A DNA stretch of 64,000 bases. Source: Candidatus Poribacteria bacterium. Its GTDB lineage: Bacteria > Poribacteria > WGA-4E > PCPOR2b. This document shows, one piece after another, positions 52,020-62,791 of this stretch. Within the stretch, counting starts at the first letter, position 1, and every line of letters starts with the position of its first letter. The position numbers and the translations under genes are program-made. The notes under the pieces are model-generated. The model was not told the DNA's origin, searched no databases, and worked only from the letters and a program-made list of their open reading frames with translations. The DNA is taken from the NCBI GenBank assembly GCA_965218095.1, contig OZ244587.1:3616001-3680000 (forward strand). The letters are read 5' to 3'.

Positions 52020-53126
52020 TCACCATAATCTTTGAGCATTCAGCCGTTCTTCGTCCAGTTCCATCCCCAATCCGGGACCGTCCGGAACAATGATATGTCC
52101 TCCCTCGTAGCGCATCCGCTCCTTGACTATATGCTCATGGTAAACCAACGGGCCGGCAGGGTAGCATGGGAAATCCAGGTTAGGCATCGCCGCCACCAGA
52201 TGGACGCGGGCAGCAGTGCCGATGGAGAGCTCGACAGTGCTGCCCAATAACGTCTTGATGCCGAAGATCTCCGCCATCCCAAACATCTTACGACAGGCTG
52301 TCATGCCCGCATAACCCACACCGAGATTGAAGACATCCACCGCCTTGTGACGTGCTAAACGGACGGCTACAGAGGTGTCTGAAACGTGTTCACTGATCGG
52401 CAACTCCACCGCTTGTTTTACGTCGAGAAAATCCTCGGCAGGAGCATGATGGCGGTCTTTGACAGGTGATTCAACGAGATTCGGTTTGAAGGGGACGAAG
52501 CGACGAATAACATCAATCGCCGTTTCCACGTCAAACCGTCCACTCGCATCCAAAGCGTTGATCTCCACCCCATCCCCCCACCGTTTGCGAAGCTCGGTTA
52601 GGAAACGTTCGTCCAGCATCAGGTTGGCGCCAAAGTAATAGCGAATCGTCGAATGTCCCTGGTCCAGCAACCTCTTGATGCGCCTCAGGTTCGCTTCAAC
52701 ATCGGGCTCAGTCTGGCATCGGGCAAGTGGGTAAGCAAAGGGAATCCGCTCACGGTATTTGCCACCGAACAGTTGATAGACGGGCACATCCAGCGCCTTG
52801 CCAATAGCATCGTGGAGTGCGATGTCTGCCCCAGCCATGACTTGGTGCTCCCACTCCTGCTGTCCCAAGGCGACTTGGATCGCGGTCAGGTCGAACGGAC
52901 TCCGCCCGACAAGCAGCGGCTCCAGTCGAGCGTGCAGACCGCTAACCGTTCCCGGGGTAAGAGAAAAGTTGACATCCGACATCTCTCCGAGACCGGTGAT
53001 GCCCGCATCGGTTTGCAGCCGGATGATAACGTGGTGCGAAACCGCCTTCTCCGAATCCGAGGGGCTAGTGCGCCCCATTTCGCGTGTTGAATAAACCGGA
53101 ATTAACTCGACACCTGTAATCTTCAT
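52020..53126 (-). CDS. Mandelate racemase/muconate lactonizing enzyme family protein
   Basis: TDAGITGLGE, DIALHDAIGKALDVPVYQLFGG and PDGPGLG motifs. Confidence 0.88.
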   Translation of the reverse strand: MKITGVELIPVYSTREMGRTSPSDSEKAVSHHVIIRLQTDAGITGLGEMSDVNFSLTPGTVSGLHARLEPLLVGRSPFDLTAIQVALGQQEWEHQVMAGADIALHDAIGKALDVPVYQLFGGKYRERIPFAYPLARCQTEPDVEANLRRIKRLLDQGHSTIRYYFGANLMLDERFLTELRKRWGDGVEINALDASGRFDVETAIDVIRRFVPFKPNLVESPVKDRHHAPAEDFLDVKQAVELPISEHVSDTSVAVRLARHKAVDVFNLGVGYAGMTACRKMFGMAEIFGIKTLLGSTVELSIGTAARVHLVAAMPNLDFPCYPAGPLVYHEHIVKERMRYEGGHIIVPDGPGLGMELDEERLNAQRLW

Positions 53127-53153
53127 CTTTTCTCCTATGGCTGAATCTTACGG

Positions 53154-54050
53154 TCAAGGTTGAAAAGGCACTCCTGTCCGGCGTAAATCTTTGGTAATGG
53201 CAATCTGGCAGGTCACATAGGCACCGTCGTTTTTGAAGCTGCGGCTGTTCAGGGTGCCAGCGGCATAGCCGGGCACGGCGTCGCCGATAGTGCCGACGAT
53301 AAGGTTGGCGTGCTCCGGCGTGGTATCGTACAGATGCGATACCAGCACCACCATGTCAGTCCAGGCGAGTTTCAAGGCTTCCTCCCAATTGCCCGCCATG
53401 CCGGAGGTGAGGTAAGCGTCCTGGGTTTCTACCACGATGCCGTTTGTGGGAAAACCGGAAACACGGTCCACCTTCAGGGTAATAACGGAGTCAATCTCAA
53501 CGCCGGTGCCAGTCAGTTCACCATCGCCCATGCGGGCGTGGACATCGCCGAGGGTGAGGTAGCCGCCCGATTTCTGAGCACGAATGTACACGGTGCTGCC
53601 GGGACAGATAGAGTTATAATCCATGTTGCCGCCGGAAGCGCAATAATTCCCGGTGGCCGCTTCGAGTTGAATGACGCCGATCATGGGTTTGATGGGTACG
53701 ACAAAGTCCGGTGAAAAGTGAAGCAGGCCGTCTCTGACTGGCGCCACCGAGCGCAGGCTGCCACGAAAGGGACCACCGTTATTGTAATAGCCGTAGGGAC
53801 CCACCTCCATGTCAATAATCTCTATGGAAACCCAGTCGCCGGGTTCGATATCTTCGATAAGAAACGGTCCGCCGGGACGCGAACCGCGCGGCGTGGTCAA
53901 TTCTGGGACGACACCGGGGTAGAGGTCGCCATCAGCGCCACCCGGAGTTTCAATAATCACGGTTTTGCCGAGTTCCAGTGCGCCTCTGACTTGGCCGCGT
54001 TCTGGGTCGTCCGGTCCAGTATAGTAGGGGGTTCGAGTGAAGCGTCGCAT
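53154..54050 (-). CDS. Acetamidase/formamidase family protein
   Basis: GPFLIEDIEPGD, PMIGVI, GGNMD and GDVHARMGDGE motifs. Confidence 0.88.
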   Translation of the reverse strand: MRRFTRTPYYTGPDDPERGQVRGALELGKTVIIETPGGADGDLYPGVVPELTTPRGSRPGGPFLIEDIEPGDWVSIEIIDMEVGPYGYYNNGGPFRGSLRSVAPVRDGLLHFSPDFVVPIKPMIGVIQLEAATGNYCASGGNMDYNSICPGSTVYIRAQKSGGYLTLGDVHARMGDGELTGTGVEIDSVITLKVDRVSGFPTNGIVVETQDAYLTSGMAGNWEEALKLAWTDMVVLVSHLYDTTPEHANLIVGTIGDAVPGYAAGTLNSRSFKNDGAYVTCQIAITKDLRRTGVPFQP

Positions 54051-54314
54051 AGGCTTTTATCTCCTTTGCAGGGTTGATTCCCCTGAAGCGGAATTCTCCA
54101 CATTATCGCAAAACAAATGGGAATAAGTAGTTACTGGCTTAAATCAACCGCAGAGGCGCAGAGTTTTTTAATTCTTCTCTGTGTTCTCTGCGTTCTCCGC
54201 GTTAAATAAGCGTGTTACGACTTATTGCAAAATGTCAAGCCTTAATCTACTTATTGCGAAATAAATTTTGCGCGCTATGATCTGTTTGAATTTAGAGTTA
54301 ACTGTTTAGAATCC

Positions 54315-55547
54315 TTAATCTGCACGGAATGTCCCCTCCTTCTGCACGCGCTCATAGATCTTGGCGAATTCCACTGAACCATCGTCTTCCCATATTTCTG
54401 ACTTGATTCCCCGAATGGTCCCTTCCTCACGCCCCGTCAGCCAGCAGGGCGAAATATAGGAAGGCCCATAGAAGGTATGACCGCCTAGCGTATGCAGCAC
54501 ACCGACGTGTTTGGGTCTCTCTATCGGTTTATTCGCGGCGACCCGTGCCAGAGCATCCTCGTCTACCTCATACCCCAGACCCGGTCGATCTGGCACAGGG
54601 GAGGAACCTTCGATAACCGGTATCCGCTCAGTAGTAATGTCCTCATGGTACTGATCATCGAGGTTAATCGAGTGAGCGGTGTGAGTGGGCAGGACAGCGG
54701 CCATATGCAGCGCCATCGCCTTGCCGAGCGTGCCAGCCTCAAACTGGAGTATCGTCTGGATGTTCGCCTTTCCACAAGCCAATCCGGTGGCAAGCGTATC
54801 TCCAATTGTGCCACCGACCATATAGATGTCGGCGACGCCGTGGATGATTTCCTGGATGCCGCCGAGTGGTGTGCCGTGCATAATGATTGGAAGACGGGTC
54901 TGCTCTCGAAGACGACGCCAACCGTCTACATCGTTCTTCACGAGCGGGTCTTCGATATAGCCGACGATCGGGTGGTTTCGCTCCAGTTCACGAATGATGG
55001 GTAGGACTGCCGCCAAGCTACGATTGTGGTTGAAGTCATAGTGAATCTGAAAGCCTTCCGGTGCCACTTCTTCGGCGAGGCGCGTCTGCTCCATCACGTC
55101 ATGGTAGGCACAGGTGTGCATTTTAAAGATGGTGTAGCCTTGTGCCGCTGCCCGACGGATTTCGTCGCGGAAGGTCTCCGGCGGTGCTGGTCGCGTCCAC
55201 GCTGCTACCGAAACGGCATCCCGCACTTTTTGCCCTATCAGCTTGTAGACAGGGACTTCGAGGTATTTCCCCATCACATCGTAGAGGGCGCAACTCAAGG
55301 CGGGCCCTTGGGGCAAATGGTTATTGATGAAGTCAAACGGATCGCGGCCGATGAGCGGCTTCACCCTTGATGAATCGGGCTGTCCACCGGGACGGACGCG
55401 CTGGTCGCCGTAGCCGACTATCCCAGCGTCCGTTTCGACTTTGAAAACGGTGCGATGGTCTATGCCGTATAAATCGACCTTGCGATTGTCATATCGTTTT
55501 GCAAGGCGGGGGTAAATTGGAATAACCTCAATGTTGGTGATTTTCAT
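54315..55547 (-). CDS. Mandelate racemase/muconate lactonizing enzyme family protein
   Basis: ALYDVMGKYLEVPVYKLIG, FKMH, DFN, IEDP and PDRPGLG motifs. Confidence 0.88.
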   Translation of the reverse strand: MKITNIEVIPIYPRLAKRYDNRKVDLYGIDHRTVFKVETDAGIVGYGDQRVRPGGQPDSSRVKPLIGRDPFDFINNHLPQGPALSCALYDVMGKYLEVPVYKLIGQKVRDAVSVAAWTRPAPPETFRDEIRRAAAQGYTIFKMHTCAYHDVMEQTRLAEEVAPEGFQIHYDFNHNRSLAAVLPIIRELERNHPIVGYIEDPLVKNDVDGWRRLREQTRLPIIMHGTPLGGIQEIIHGVADIYMVGGTIGDTLATGLACGKANIQTILQFEAGTLGKAMALHMAAVLPTHTAHSINLDDQYHEDITTERIPVIEGSSPVPDRPGLGYEVDEDALARVAANKPIERPKHVGVLHTLGGHTFYGPSYISPCWLTGREEGTIRGIKSEIWEDDGSVEFAKIYERVQKEGTFRAD

Positions 55548-55755
55548 GATGGATTCCTAACTACCTGAATTTTTCAGTATTAAAGTTACCCCTCCCAGAA
55601 TAATGGGAGCAAGCATTTATTGAGTGGGACCCGGACATACGTTTTCGTTGCTTAGACCCCGATCAAAGCCCGGGGTCTCAACGTACAAGAATTTGTGTCC
55701 ACATACTTAAAACGTATCGAAACGGATGTCCGTGCTGTTGTATGCCACGAATGTT

Positions 55756-57387
55756 TCACGCATCAGAGGTCACGTTTTCGGCATAACGCCGGCGGAGAGC
55801 CCTCTTGTCGAACTTCCCCACGCTGGTCTTGGGGATTTCATCGACGAATACGATCCTGTCGGGCAGCCAGAATTTGACGAACTTCGGGGCGAGATACACA
55901 ATCAGTTCTTCACCGGTCACCGAACCAGCATCCGGGACCAGCACAACCGCCGCTATCGGACGCTCACCCCACTGCGCATCGGGAATGGCGATCACCGCCG
56001 CTTCCATCACCGTGCGGTGAGCCATCAGGGCGTTTTCGAGCGCAATGCTCGAAATCCATTCCCCACCGCTCTTGACCAAATCTTTGGTGCGGTCGGTGAT
56101 TTGCATGTAACCATCTTCGCTGATTGTCGCTACATCGCCTGTGCGGAACCAGCCATCAGCCGTGAAATGCGCTGAGCTGTGGTCAATCTTATAATAGGCT
56201 TTGGCAATCCACGAACCTCGCACTTGTACCTCGCCCATCGTGGTGCCATCCCAGGGTAGTTCTTCGCCCATCTCGTCCATGATACGCATCTCGACGCCCG
56301 CAAGCGGGTGGCCTTGCCTCGCCTTGACATCCCATTGCTCCTGTGCTGGTATGGTGTGATGGTGGCTTTGCAGCTTTGAAATGGCTCCCACAGGCGAAGT
56401 TTCGGTCATGCCCCAACCTTGCATCACATTGACGCCCAACGCTTTCTCGTAGGCTTCGACCAGGGCATACGGCATCGCTGCTCCCCCGACCATCAGGGCA
56501 CGTATGTGTGAAATATCTCGCGGATTTGCCTTTAACTCGTGATACAGGCCTGTCCAGAGCGTTGGCACCCCGGCAGGCACCGTGATCTTTTTCTCGGCGA
56601 TCATCTCCGCCAGTGCTGGTGGCTTCAAATGCGGCCCCGGCAGAACCATATCACAGCCAGCAAACGTGCAGGCGTAAGGCAAGCCCCAGGCCATGGCGTG
56701 GAACATCGGTACAACGGGGAGGACTACATCCTGCTCTGTCAGTCCGAGTGCATTCGCCTGATTGATGCCCATTGTGTGCATATACACGGAGCGGTGGCTA
56801 TAAAGAACGCCCTTCGGGTCTCCGGTGGTGCCGCTAGTGTAACACAGACCCATTGCCGCCTTTTCGTCGGTGACTGCCCATTCATAATCGTCACCAACTT
56901 CAGCCATCAGATCTTCATAAAAGGAGACGTTGGGCAGTTTCGCCTCGAGTTTCTCATCTGCGTTGAACAGGACGTAGTGCTGCACACAGTCGATTTTATC
57001 CGCAACCGGCTCGAACAGGGGCAGGATAGTCGCGTCGATAAACACAACTTTATCTTCGGCGTGATTCACCATATAGGCGAGTTGTTCAGGGAATAGACGG
57101 ATATTCAGGGTATGACAGATGGCGCCGCTGCATGGAATCGCGTAATACAACTCAAGGTGTTGATAATTATTCCACGCGAAAGTTCCCACCCGGTTGCTTG
57201 ACTTGACGCCTAAGTTGTTCAGCACATTTGCCAGCCGCTTGACGCGGGCGTAAAGATTAGCATACGTGTACTGATGCATTGAGCCATCCGGCAGCTTGGT
57301 AGCGATTTGCTTGCGGGGATACATTCGATTGGCATGTTCCAAAATCCGATCTATCGTGAGAGGATAATCCATCATCAAGCCTTGCAT
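55756..57387 (-). CDS. Acyl-CoA ligase (AlkK/DmdB-like)
   Basis: [29 protein letters not shown] and KSGGEWISS motifs. Confidence 0.92.
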   Translation of the reverse strand: MQGLMMDYPLTIDRILEHANRMYPRKQIATKLPDGSMHQYTYANLYARVKRLANVLNNLGVKSSNRVGTFAWNNYQHLELYYAIPCSGAICHTLNIRLFPEQLAYMVNHAEDKVVFIDATILPLFEPVADKIDCVQHYVLFNADEKLEAKLPNVSFYEDLMAEVGDDYEWAVTDEKAAMGLCYTSGTTGDPKGVLYSHRSVYMHTMGINQANALGLTEQDVVLPVVPMFHAMAWGLPYACTFAGCDMVLPGPHLKPPALAEMIAEKKITVPAGVPTLWTGLYHELKANPRDISHIRALMVGGAAMPYALVEAYEKALGVNVMQGWGMTETSPVGAISKLQSHHHTIPAQEQWDVKARQGHPLAGVEMRIMDEMGEELPWDGTTMGEVQVRGSWIAKAYYKIDHSSAHFTADGWFRTGDVATISEDGYMQITDRTKDLVKSGGEWISSIALENALMAHRTVMEAAVIAIPDAQWGERPIAAVVLVPDAGSVTGEELIVYLAPKFVKFWLPDRIVFVDEIPKTSVGKFDKRALRRRYAENVTSDA

Positions 57388-57446
57388 ACATTCTCCTTGC
57401 TCGGATGAACAAGCTGACAGTGCTCGTCCGAAGAATCGAACGTGTT

Positions 57447-58448
57447 TTACTTCCTCAGTTCTTTGGCGCGAAGCATAGGGCTTTCCAGGACTTCCAAGTT
57501 CACCAGCGATTCGGGCATCTGTCCTGTCAAGACCCTTGCAACCTCCGACGCCGCAGTGACCTCAAGGTCGTAGACCGATTCTTCAGACAGAAACGCGGCG
57601 TGCGGTGTCAGGATAATGTTTTCCAAATCGAGCAACGGTTCATCAGCGATCGGGGGTTCTTCGGGCAGCACATCCAGGCCTGCGCCGGTAATGCAACCTT
57701 CGGTCAGCGCTTTGTGGAGGGCAACCGTGTCGATGATGCCGCCCCGTGCTGTGTTGATGACGTAAGCGGTGGACTTCATCTGACGGAATTCGTTTTCACC
57801 GAGCATTTTGTCTGTTTCGGAAGTCAGCGGCGCATGGATGGTGATGAAATCGGATTGCGTCAGGAGTTCGGGGAACTCAATCTGCTTCACCCCGTGCACC
57901 TGGAATGTCTCTGGAGAAATGTACGGATCGTAAGCAATGACTTCGAGCCCGAAGGCTTTGGCTTTGGGCGCAACTGCTTTCCCAGTCTTGCCTAACCCAA
58001 TGATGCCTAACGTTTGCCCACGGACTCGACGCATCGGTGGACCAGCGTCTCGGTCCCAGTTTTTGATATGCCGGTTGAGCGTGGTGATTTTCCGAGCACA
58101 CGCCAGTACCAGCCCCATGGCGTGATCAGCGACCTCATCGGTGCAGTACGCAGGGACGTTGGTGACAACAATTCCCAACGTCGTCGCCGTTTCGAGATCG
58201 ATGTTATCCAACCCAATTCCACATCGACTGATGATTTTGCAGCCCTGGGCAGCCTTAATGACCACCGTTGTGACTTGTGCCCAGGTAGTGAGAATCCCAT
58301 CGACCTGCTGGGCTAAGGCGACCAGTTCTTCCGCTTTTCCTGTTTCGGCGACAATCAATTCCGCGTCTACCTCTGCCAATACTTTTCGCTCCGGTTCGAC
58401 AGAGGGCCATGCGTAATCGGTTATCAAAACTTTGTATTTGGAAGACAT
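57447..58448 (-). CDS. D-2-hydroxyacid dehydrogenase (CtBP/SerA-like)
   Basis: [25 protein letters not shown] and TPHAAF motifs. Confidence 0.9.
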   Translation of the reverse strand: MSSKYKVLITDYAWPSVEPERKVLAEVDAELIVAETGKAEELVALAQQVDGILTTWAQVTTVVIKAAQGCKIISRCGIGLDNIDLETATTLGIVVTNVPAYCTDEVADHAMGLVLACARKITTLNRHIKNWDRDAGPPMRRVRGQTLGIIGLGKTGKAVAPKAKAFGLEVIAYDPYISPETFQVHGVKQIEFPELLTQSDFITIHAPLTSETDKMLGENEFRQMKSTAYVINTARGGIIDTVALHKALTEGCITGAGLDVLPEEPPIADEPLLDLENIILTPHAAFLSEESVYDLEVTAASEVARVLTGQMPESLVNLEVLESPMLRAKELRK

Positions 58449-58587
58449 CGCTAATTTCCTTTCTGTGTGCTGTATCACGATTGAATATGTCCAAGTTTGT
58501 GGCACCTGAAAAAGGATGAGGCAGATTGGCTGTAAGTATGATACAATAGTTCAGCAGAATTTCGCAATCGGATGAGAGGTGAAAACC

Positions 58588-59607
58588 ATGAAACGAAAAA
58601 AATCGAAGCACCCTCCGCATACACATCCACTAGGTTCTGTTGACATTTGAGTATAAGGTTGTGGCATAATAGAAGAATGACGCCAATAACCTTACCTGAT
58701 GAACAATGGAATAAGATATACCGGTTTCTTCTAAGCTGTCTCACCATCTATGTTGGCGACGAAGCTGCTACACGCCGCTTCGTCGAAGCGGTTCTGTGGG
58801 TGACTCGTAGTGGGGCTCAATGGAGACTTCTACCAGACACCTATGGCAAATGGAACACCCGCTACAAGCGGTTTGCTCGATGGTGCGACAAAGGTATCTT
58901 CACACAGATGCACCCCCACTTCGCCTCTGACCCCGATATCGAGTCGCTTATTGTTGACAGTACCATCTGCCGCGCTCACCCGTGTGCGGCGGGCGCCTTA
59001 AAAAGCTGGCGCCTTAAAAAAAAGGGTGGCACTGAAAACCAAGCATTAGGTCGGTCTCGGGGCGGTTTCAGTACAAAAATTCACATCACAGTTGACGGAC
59101 TAGGCAATCCCCTAAGAATTCATCTGACCCCCGGTCAGAGACATGACATAACTGAGGCGGAAGGGTTGATAATCGGATATAACAGTGAATATGTGATTGG
59201 AGACAAGGGGTACGATTCAGACGCTTTTATCGCGGTTATTGAGGCGAATGGAGCGATTGCGGTGATACCGCCCAAAAGTCATCGTGTTGACCAAAGAACG
59301 TATGACAAACACTTAATACAAAGAGAGGCATCTACAAAGAGAGACATCGGATTGAATGTTTCATCAACAAGATAAAATGGTATCGTCGTATCTTCTCTCG
59401 GTTTGAGAAGCTAGCTGTCCGTTATTTTGGATTTCTCAGCTTTGTCTCCACTCTTATATGGCTCCCTTGAAATGTCAACAGAACCTAGTCTTTAAGCCGG
59501 GCAGCTATAGTGAGTACCTACACGAGCGTCCGGAAATTGTCGATGAAGATTTGAGAAAAATGGGACTCAACCCTGATGAGATCGATCAGCTTTTAATGGA
59601 GGGTTGA
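58588..59607 (+). pseudogene. 54-aa small ORF split by IS5 copy 3
   Basis: GAGGT precedes the ATG at 58588; removing the IS and one TA restores a stop-free frame to the TGA at 59605-59607. Confidence 0.6.
58633..59485 (+). mobile_element. IS5-family element, copy 3
   Basis: Same TIRs as copy 1 and highly similar sequence; two short internal tandem duplications. Confidence 0.93.
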
Positions 59608-59739
59608 ACAATTGAGATTAATCTAAATAACTTCAAAAATGCGACGTTTAAGAAAATCAAAAAAATACATGAGGTGAGGAAACATCGGCATAGACAGTCT
59701 CAGGTACGGATTCACGACAACCCTTCCTTAAACTAGCCG

Positions 59740-60330
59740 TAAATCTCCAACAGCAACTCTCGGGCTTCCTCCTTTTTGCCCTGCCCCTGCTACAGCCGAC
59801 TCAAACTCATTGTTTCCCGCAACTCCCCCGACTTTACCTGCTGGCGTCGGGCAACCTCAAGGGTTTTGTGAAAACACGCATCCGCTTCAGCTTCATCTCT
59901 ACCCAGCACCAGCAATAACTCCCCCTTGAGCTGGTGTATCTCTGCTTCCCACACACGTTCTCCAGTTTTCTCCACCACAGCCTGCGCTTCAGCCAGTACA
60001 TTCAGTCCGGATTCGGTCTGTTCCACTTTCCGATACGCTTCAGCCAGCAGGGTCAGAAAATACGCACTAAACACCTCCACCCCCGTCGCCTGCCAGGCAG
60101 CAAGGCCCTTACGGAGAAGATCTATCCCCGCTTCTGCCTGTCCCTGTTTGGTCAGCACCCAGCCTTTCATGGGAGTTCCCCATGCTGCCCAAAGTGCAAT
60201 CCCTTGCTCAGTCGAGAGGGTAATGGCTGCCTCTGCTTTCTCTTGGGCTGCGTCCAGCTCCCGGCGGAATTGGTGGGATATGGCAGCAAAACTCAAGGCA
60301 TTTTGGGCATTGCATTGACAAAACTTCCTT
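59740..60330 (-). pseudogene. C-terminal TPR region of an adenylate cyclase/AAA-ATPase-type regulator
   Basis: EAEIHQLKGELL, ARRQQVKSGELR and SLSRL*QGQGKKEEARELL motifs. Confidence 0.8.
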
Positions 60331-60607
60331 GACCAGGTTGAGATGGCTATATCAGATCGCACAGCGCATCACAGAAAGCTTTCCACGAAAGTTCTCCGCC
60401 GTTTTCATACAATCGTTTTATTATACGCATTTGCAGCGTGATGTCAATCAGGAAATGCAGGGAACAGAAATTTTAACCCATTTGTATCACGGTGACATAG
60501 CGCGTTCAAGATGGCGTTCCCACGCCGGGCGTCAGAACGAGCTAATTAGAAGGCAATGATGTGAATCTAACCCGTATTATCCATGCGCTTCCCAACGCGC
60601 ACCCAAT

Positions 60608-60642
60608 AAACAAAGCACCAACATTAAGCGGGTGCTTTGTTT
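60608..60642. terminator. Probable intrinsic terminator
   Basis: AAACAAAGCACC-N11-GGTGCTTTGTTT. Confidence 0.55.
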
Positions 60643-60765
60643 GTGTGTTGTAGCGCCCAAAGTGGTTATCATCTTATGCTGATTTGCGCTTATAGTTTCC
60701 TATCATGGTGCGGTAATTGGGTTGACGCACGTGGAGGTTCGTGTGAGATTAAGCCTGAATCGGCA

Positions 60766-61267
60766 TTATGTGACGGTCAAGATGATAGTTGAAATGTTGG
60801 GACCTGAACCGTCCGGGTTTGTCCATTCGATCACGAGCGTTACCGTTTGACCAGGGGTTAAGCTGGTTGCCGTCCATGTTGCCCTGTTGCCTTGTACCAC
60901 GGCTGTCGTGCAATCCCATTACTTAAATCGCCATTATTGAAGGGAACGATTATAGTCACAGTCAGCGGTGAGGCATCAAAGATTAACGTGAGCGTACCGT
61001 CGTCGGCAATCGCTCATGTTAAGAAATCGTGCAAAGAAACCGAGTTTTTCGGAAAAACTCGGTTTCTCCGGGGCGCTTTGCACCTTCTTTTGACATGAGC
61101 CACGGCAGTCTCACCTCCGTGCTGGGAATGGAACCTATGAAGCCTACTCCCGGAGCATGATTATTGTCATTGTTATCACTATTATCATTGTCATCGTCGT
61201 CATCATCAGTGCAGCCAATCATGAAAATGACAAGCATAACAACCATCACCAAAGCGAAAGCTCTCAA
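60766..61267 (-). pseudogene. Ig-like lipoprotein, disrupted by a MITE and frameshifts
   Basis: Lipobox MIGC, D/N-rich linker, then IADDGTLTLIFD...PGQTVTLVIEWTNPDGS in shifted frames. Confidence 0.6.
61011..61101 (+). mobile_element. 91-bp MITE (same ends as 49817-49907) with a 16-bp palindrome core
   Basis: CGCTCATGTTAAGAA...ACATGAGCC; target duplication tcggcaat/acggcagt; core AGAAACCGAGTTTTTC-G-GAAAAACTCGGTTTCT. Confidence 0.8.
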
Positions 61268-61319
61268 TAGCCTGTGCGTTTCTTCTAATCCTCCTCACCA
61301 TATTTGCCTGTGAGATGTG

Positions 61320-62516
61320 TTAAAATTCCGGACTCGTTAAATCCTCTTTTGAATACTTCACAAGCAAATCACTGTCAATCAGCTTGAGCTGGCCGTTGTT
61401 TTGGTCCGTCAACTGGACGAGTAACTCGGCGCCACGTGAATGTTTGAGATCTATTTCGAGCCCGACAACATAAATGCTTGCGTGATTCACATTTTTCTTG
61501 CTGACGGATTCAAGGATCTTCCCGGTACTGTCTTCAATGTTGTCGTATTTATTCTGTTTCGTTGGGAGACCGTCGGTAACCAATACAATAATCGATGAAT
61601 TCATCTCAAGGGCTTTCTCAAGCGCTCCGAGGATATTCGTGCCCTGGTTATTCGCAATCCGCTCAGGAGTGAATCGATCCAGGTACTTCGACGCTGCTTC
61701 GATATTGCCCATTTCCGCCGGCGCCATTTTGCGATTCCATAGTTTGGCTTCCGCGGAGAAGGTGACAATGTTGAAATAATCGTCATCGCCGAGCATGAGC
61801 ATTGAATCTCTGGTGGATTGGATTGCCAATTCGAGCTTTCTTAGCCCTATGGCTTGCATACTTGCCGAGATATCGAGACAGTAGACAACGTATTGGGGGC
61901 CCTCGAATTCATTGATGAATTTGATAATATCTAATTTATCAGCAATGCCTGGATTTCCTCCTCCATCAATTAGCCTATCTTTCGAGTTGCCCAATGAATC
62001 AACAAGGGACAAACCGCTGCGACGTCCCCGCACGCGCGCACGTCCAGTCACTTTGCCTTGACCATCGGTGCGCCCCGGACGCGAAACAAGTGGTTCAAGA
62101 TTTGACCTTTCAGATTCCCGCAAGTTAGCATCCGTCATCAAATCAGGAATATTCTCACTGAGTGCTGCGTCATTCATTTCGAGGTTCTCGTGCAGGATTC
62201 GTTCACTGAGGCGTACAACTTCTGTCATTTTGTGGGGCGACAATTCGACGAATTTCTTTTTCGCTTTACGAGCCAGATCTTCGTCCGGTCTGTGAATTCT
62301 CATCTTTAGCGGCGGCTTGGTTTTGAGCTTTTGGAGTGGCGGCCTGGGTGGCTCTTTGACCCACTCAACCTTGATGTTATCTGTATCTTTGACAACTCCT
62401 CCCTTGTAGGGTATAAAGAGGAAGACGATTGCAACGATAAGATGCAAAATTAAAGCGAACAGAATAGCAGATCTGTGTCGAATTTTCCTGAGTTCTATGT
62501 AATCTTGCCGGGTCAT
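61320..62516 (-). CDS. Membrane-anchored vWA domain protein
   Basis: N-terminal TM helix (ALILHL); MIDAS DISASM, GTNILGAL and LVTDG. Confidence 0.85.
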   Translation of the reverse strand: MTRQDYIELRKIRHRSAILFALILHLIVAIVFLFIPYKGGVVKDTDNIKVEWVKEPPRPPLQKLKTKPPLKMRIHRPDEDLARKAKKKFVELSPHKMTEVVRLSERILHENLEMNDAALSENIPDLMTDANLRESERSNLEPLVSRPGRTDGQGKVTGRARVRGRRSGLSLVDSLGNSKDRLIDGGGNPGIADKLDIIKFINEFEGPQYVVYCLDISASMQAIGLRKLELAIQSTRDSMLMLGDDDYFNIVTFSAEAKLWNRKMAPAEMGNIEAASKYLDRFTPERIANNQGTNILGALEKALEMNSSIIVLVTDGLPTKQNKYDNIEDSTGKILESVSKKNVNHASIYVVGLEIDLKHSRGAELLVQLTDQNNGQLKLIDSDLLVKYSKEDLTSPEF

Positions 62517-62791
62517 TTATGGGAGCCTCCTGTTTGCATGATACTCAGTACTCTGCAAATACTCCTGTTGGATTGCCAAATCCAACGGATTTGATGGGGA
62601 GGGGGCGCCTGGACTTTGTCAAGTCTAGACAACCCCTCTTAATCGAGCGGTTTGAGAACGACTGATATTCAGTTTTGTGTATCGCATGATACATGAGTTC
62701 AAGGGTTCATTAGTTCAGAACCGGCCCCGAGTCATCGAGAAGTTCAATAAACGCATGGACCCATTTTCTTGATTCCCTCATTTGGGGAAGA

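Noticed and set aside
8015-57995. Long antisense ORFs (8015..8773, 11835..12488, 15063..16037, 46518..47321, 57405..57995)
   Set aside because: These are shadows of well-supported genes on the opposite strand and carry no motifs.
61155-61210. TCA/TTG trinucleotide repeat as a contingency locus
   Set aside because: It is imperfect and simply encodes a D/N-rich lipoprotein linker.
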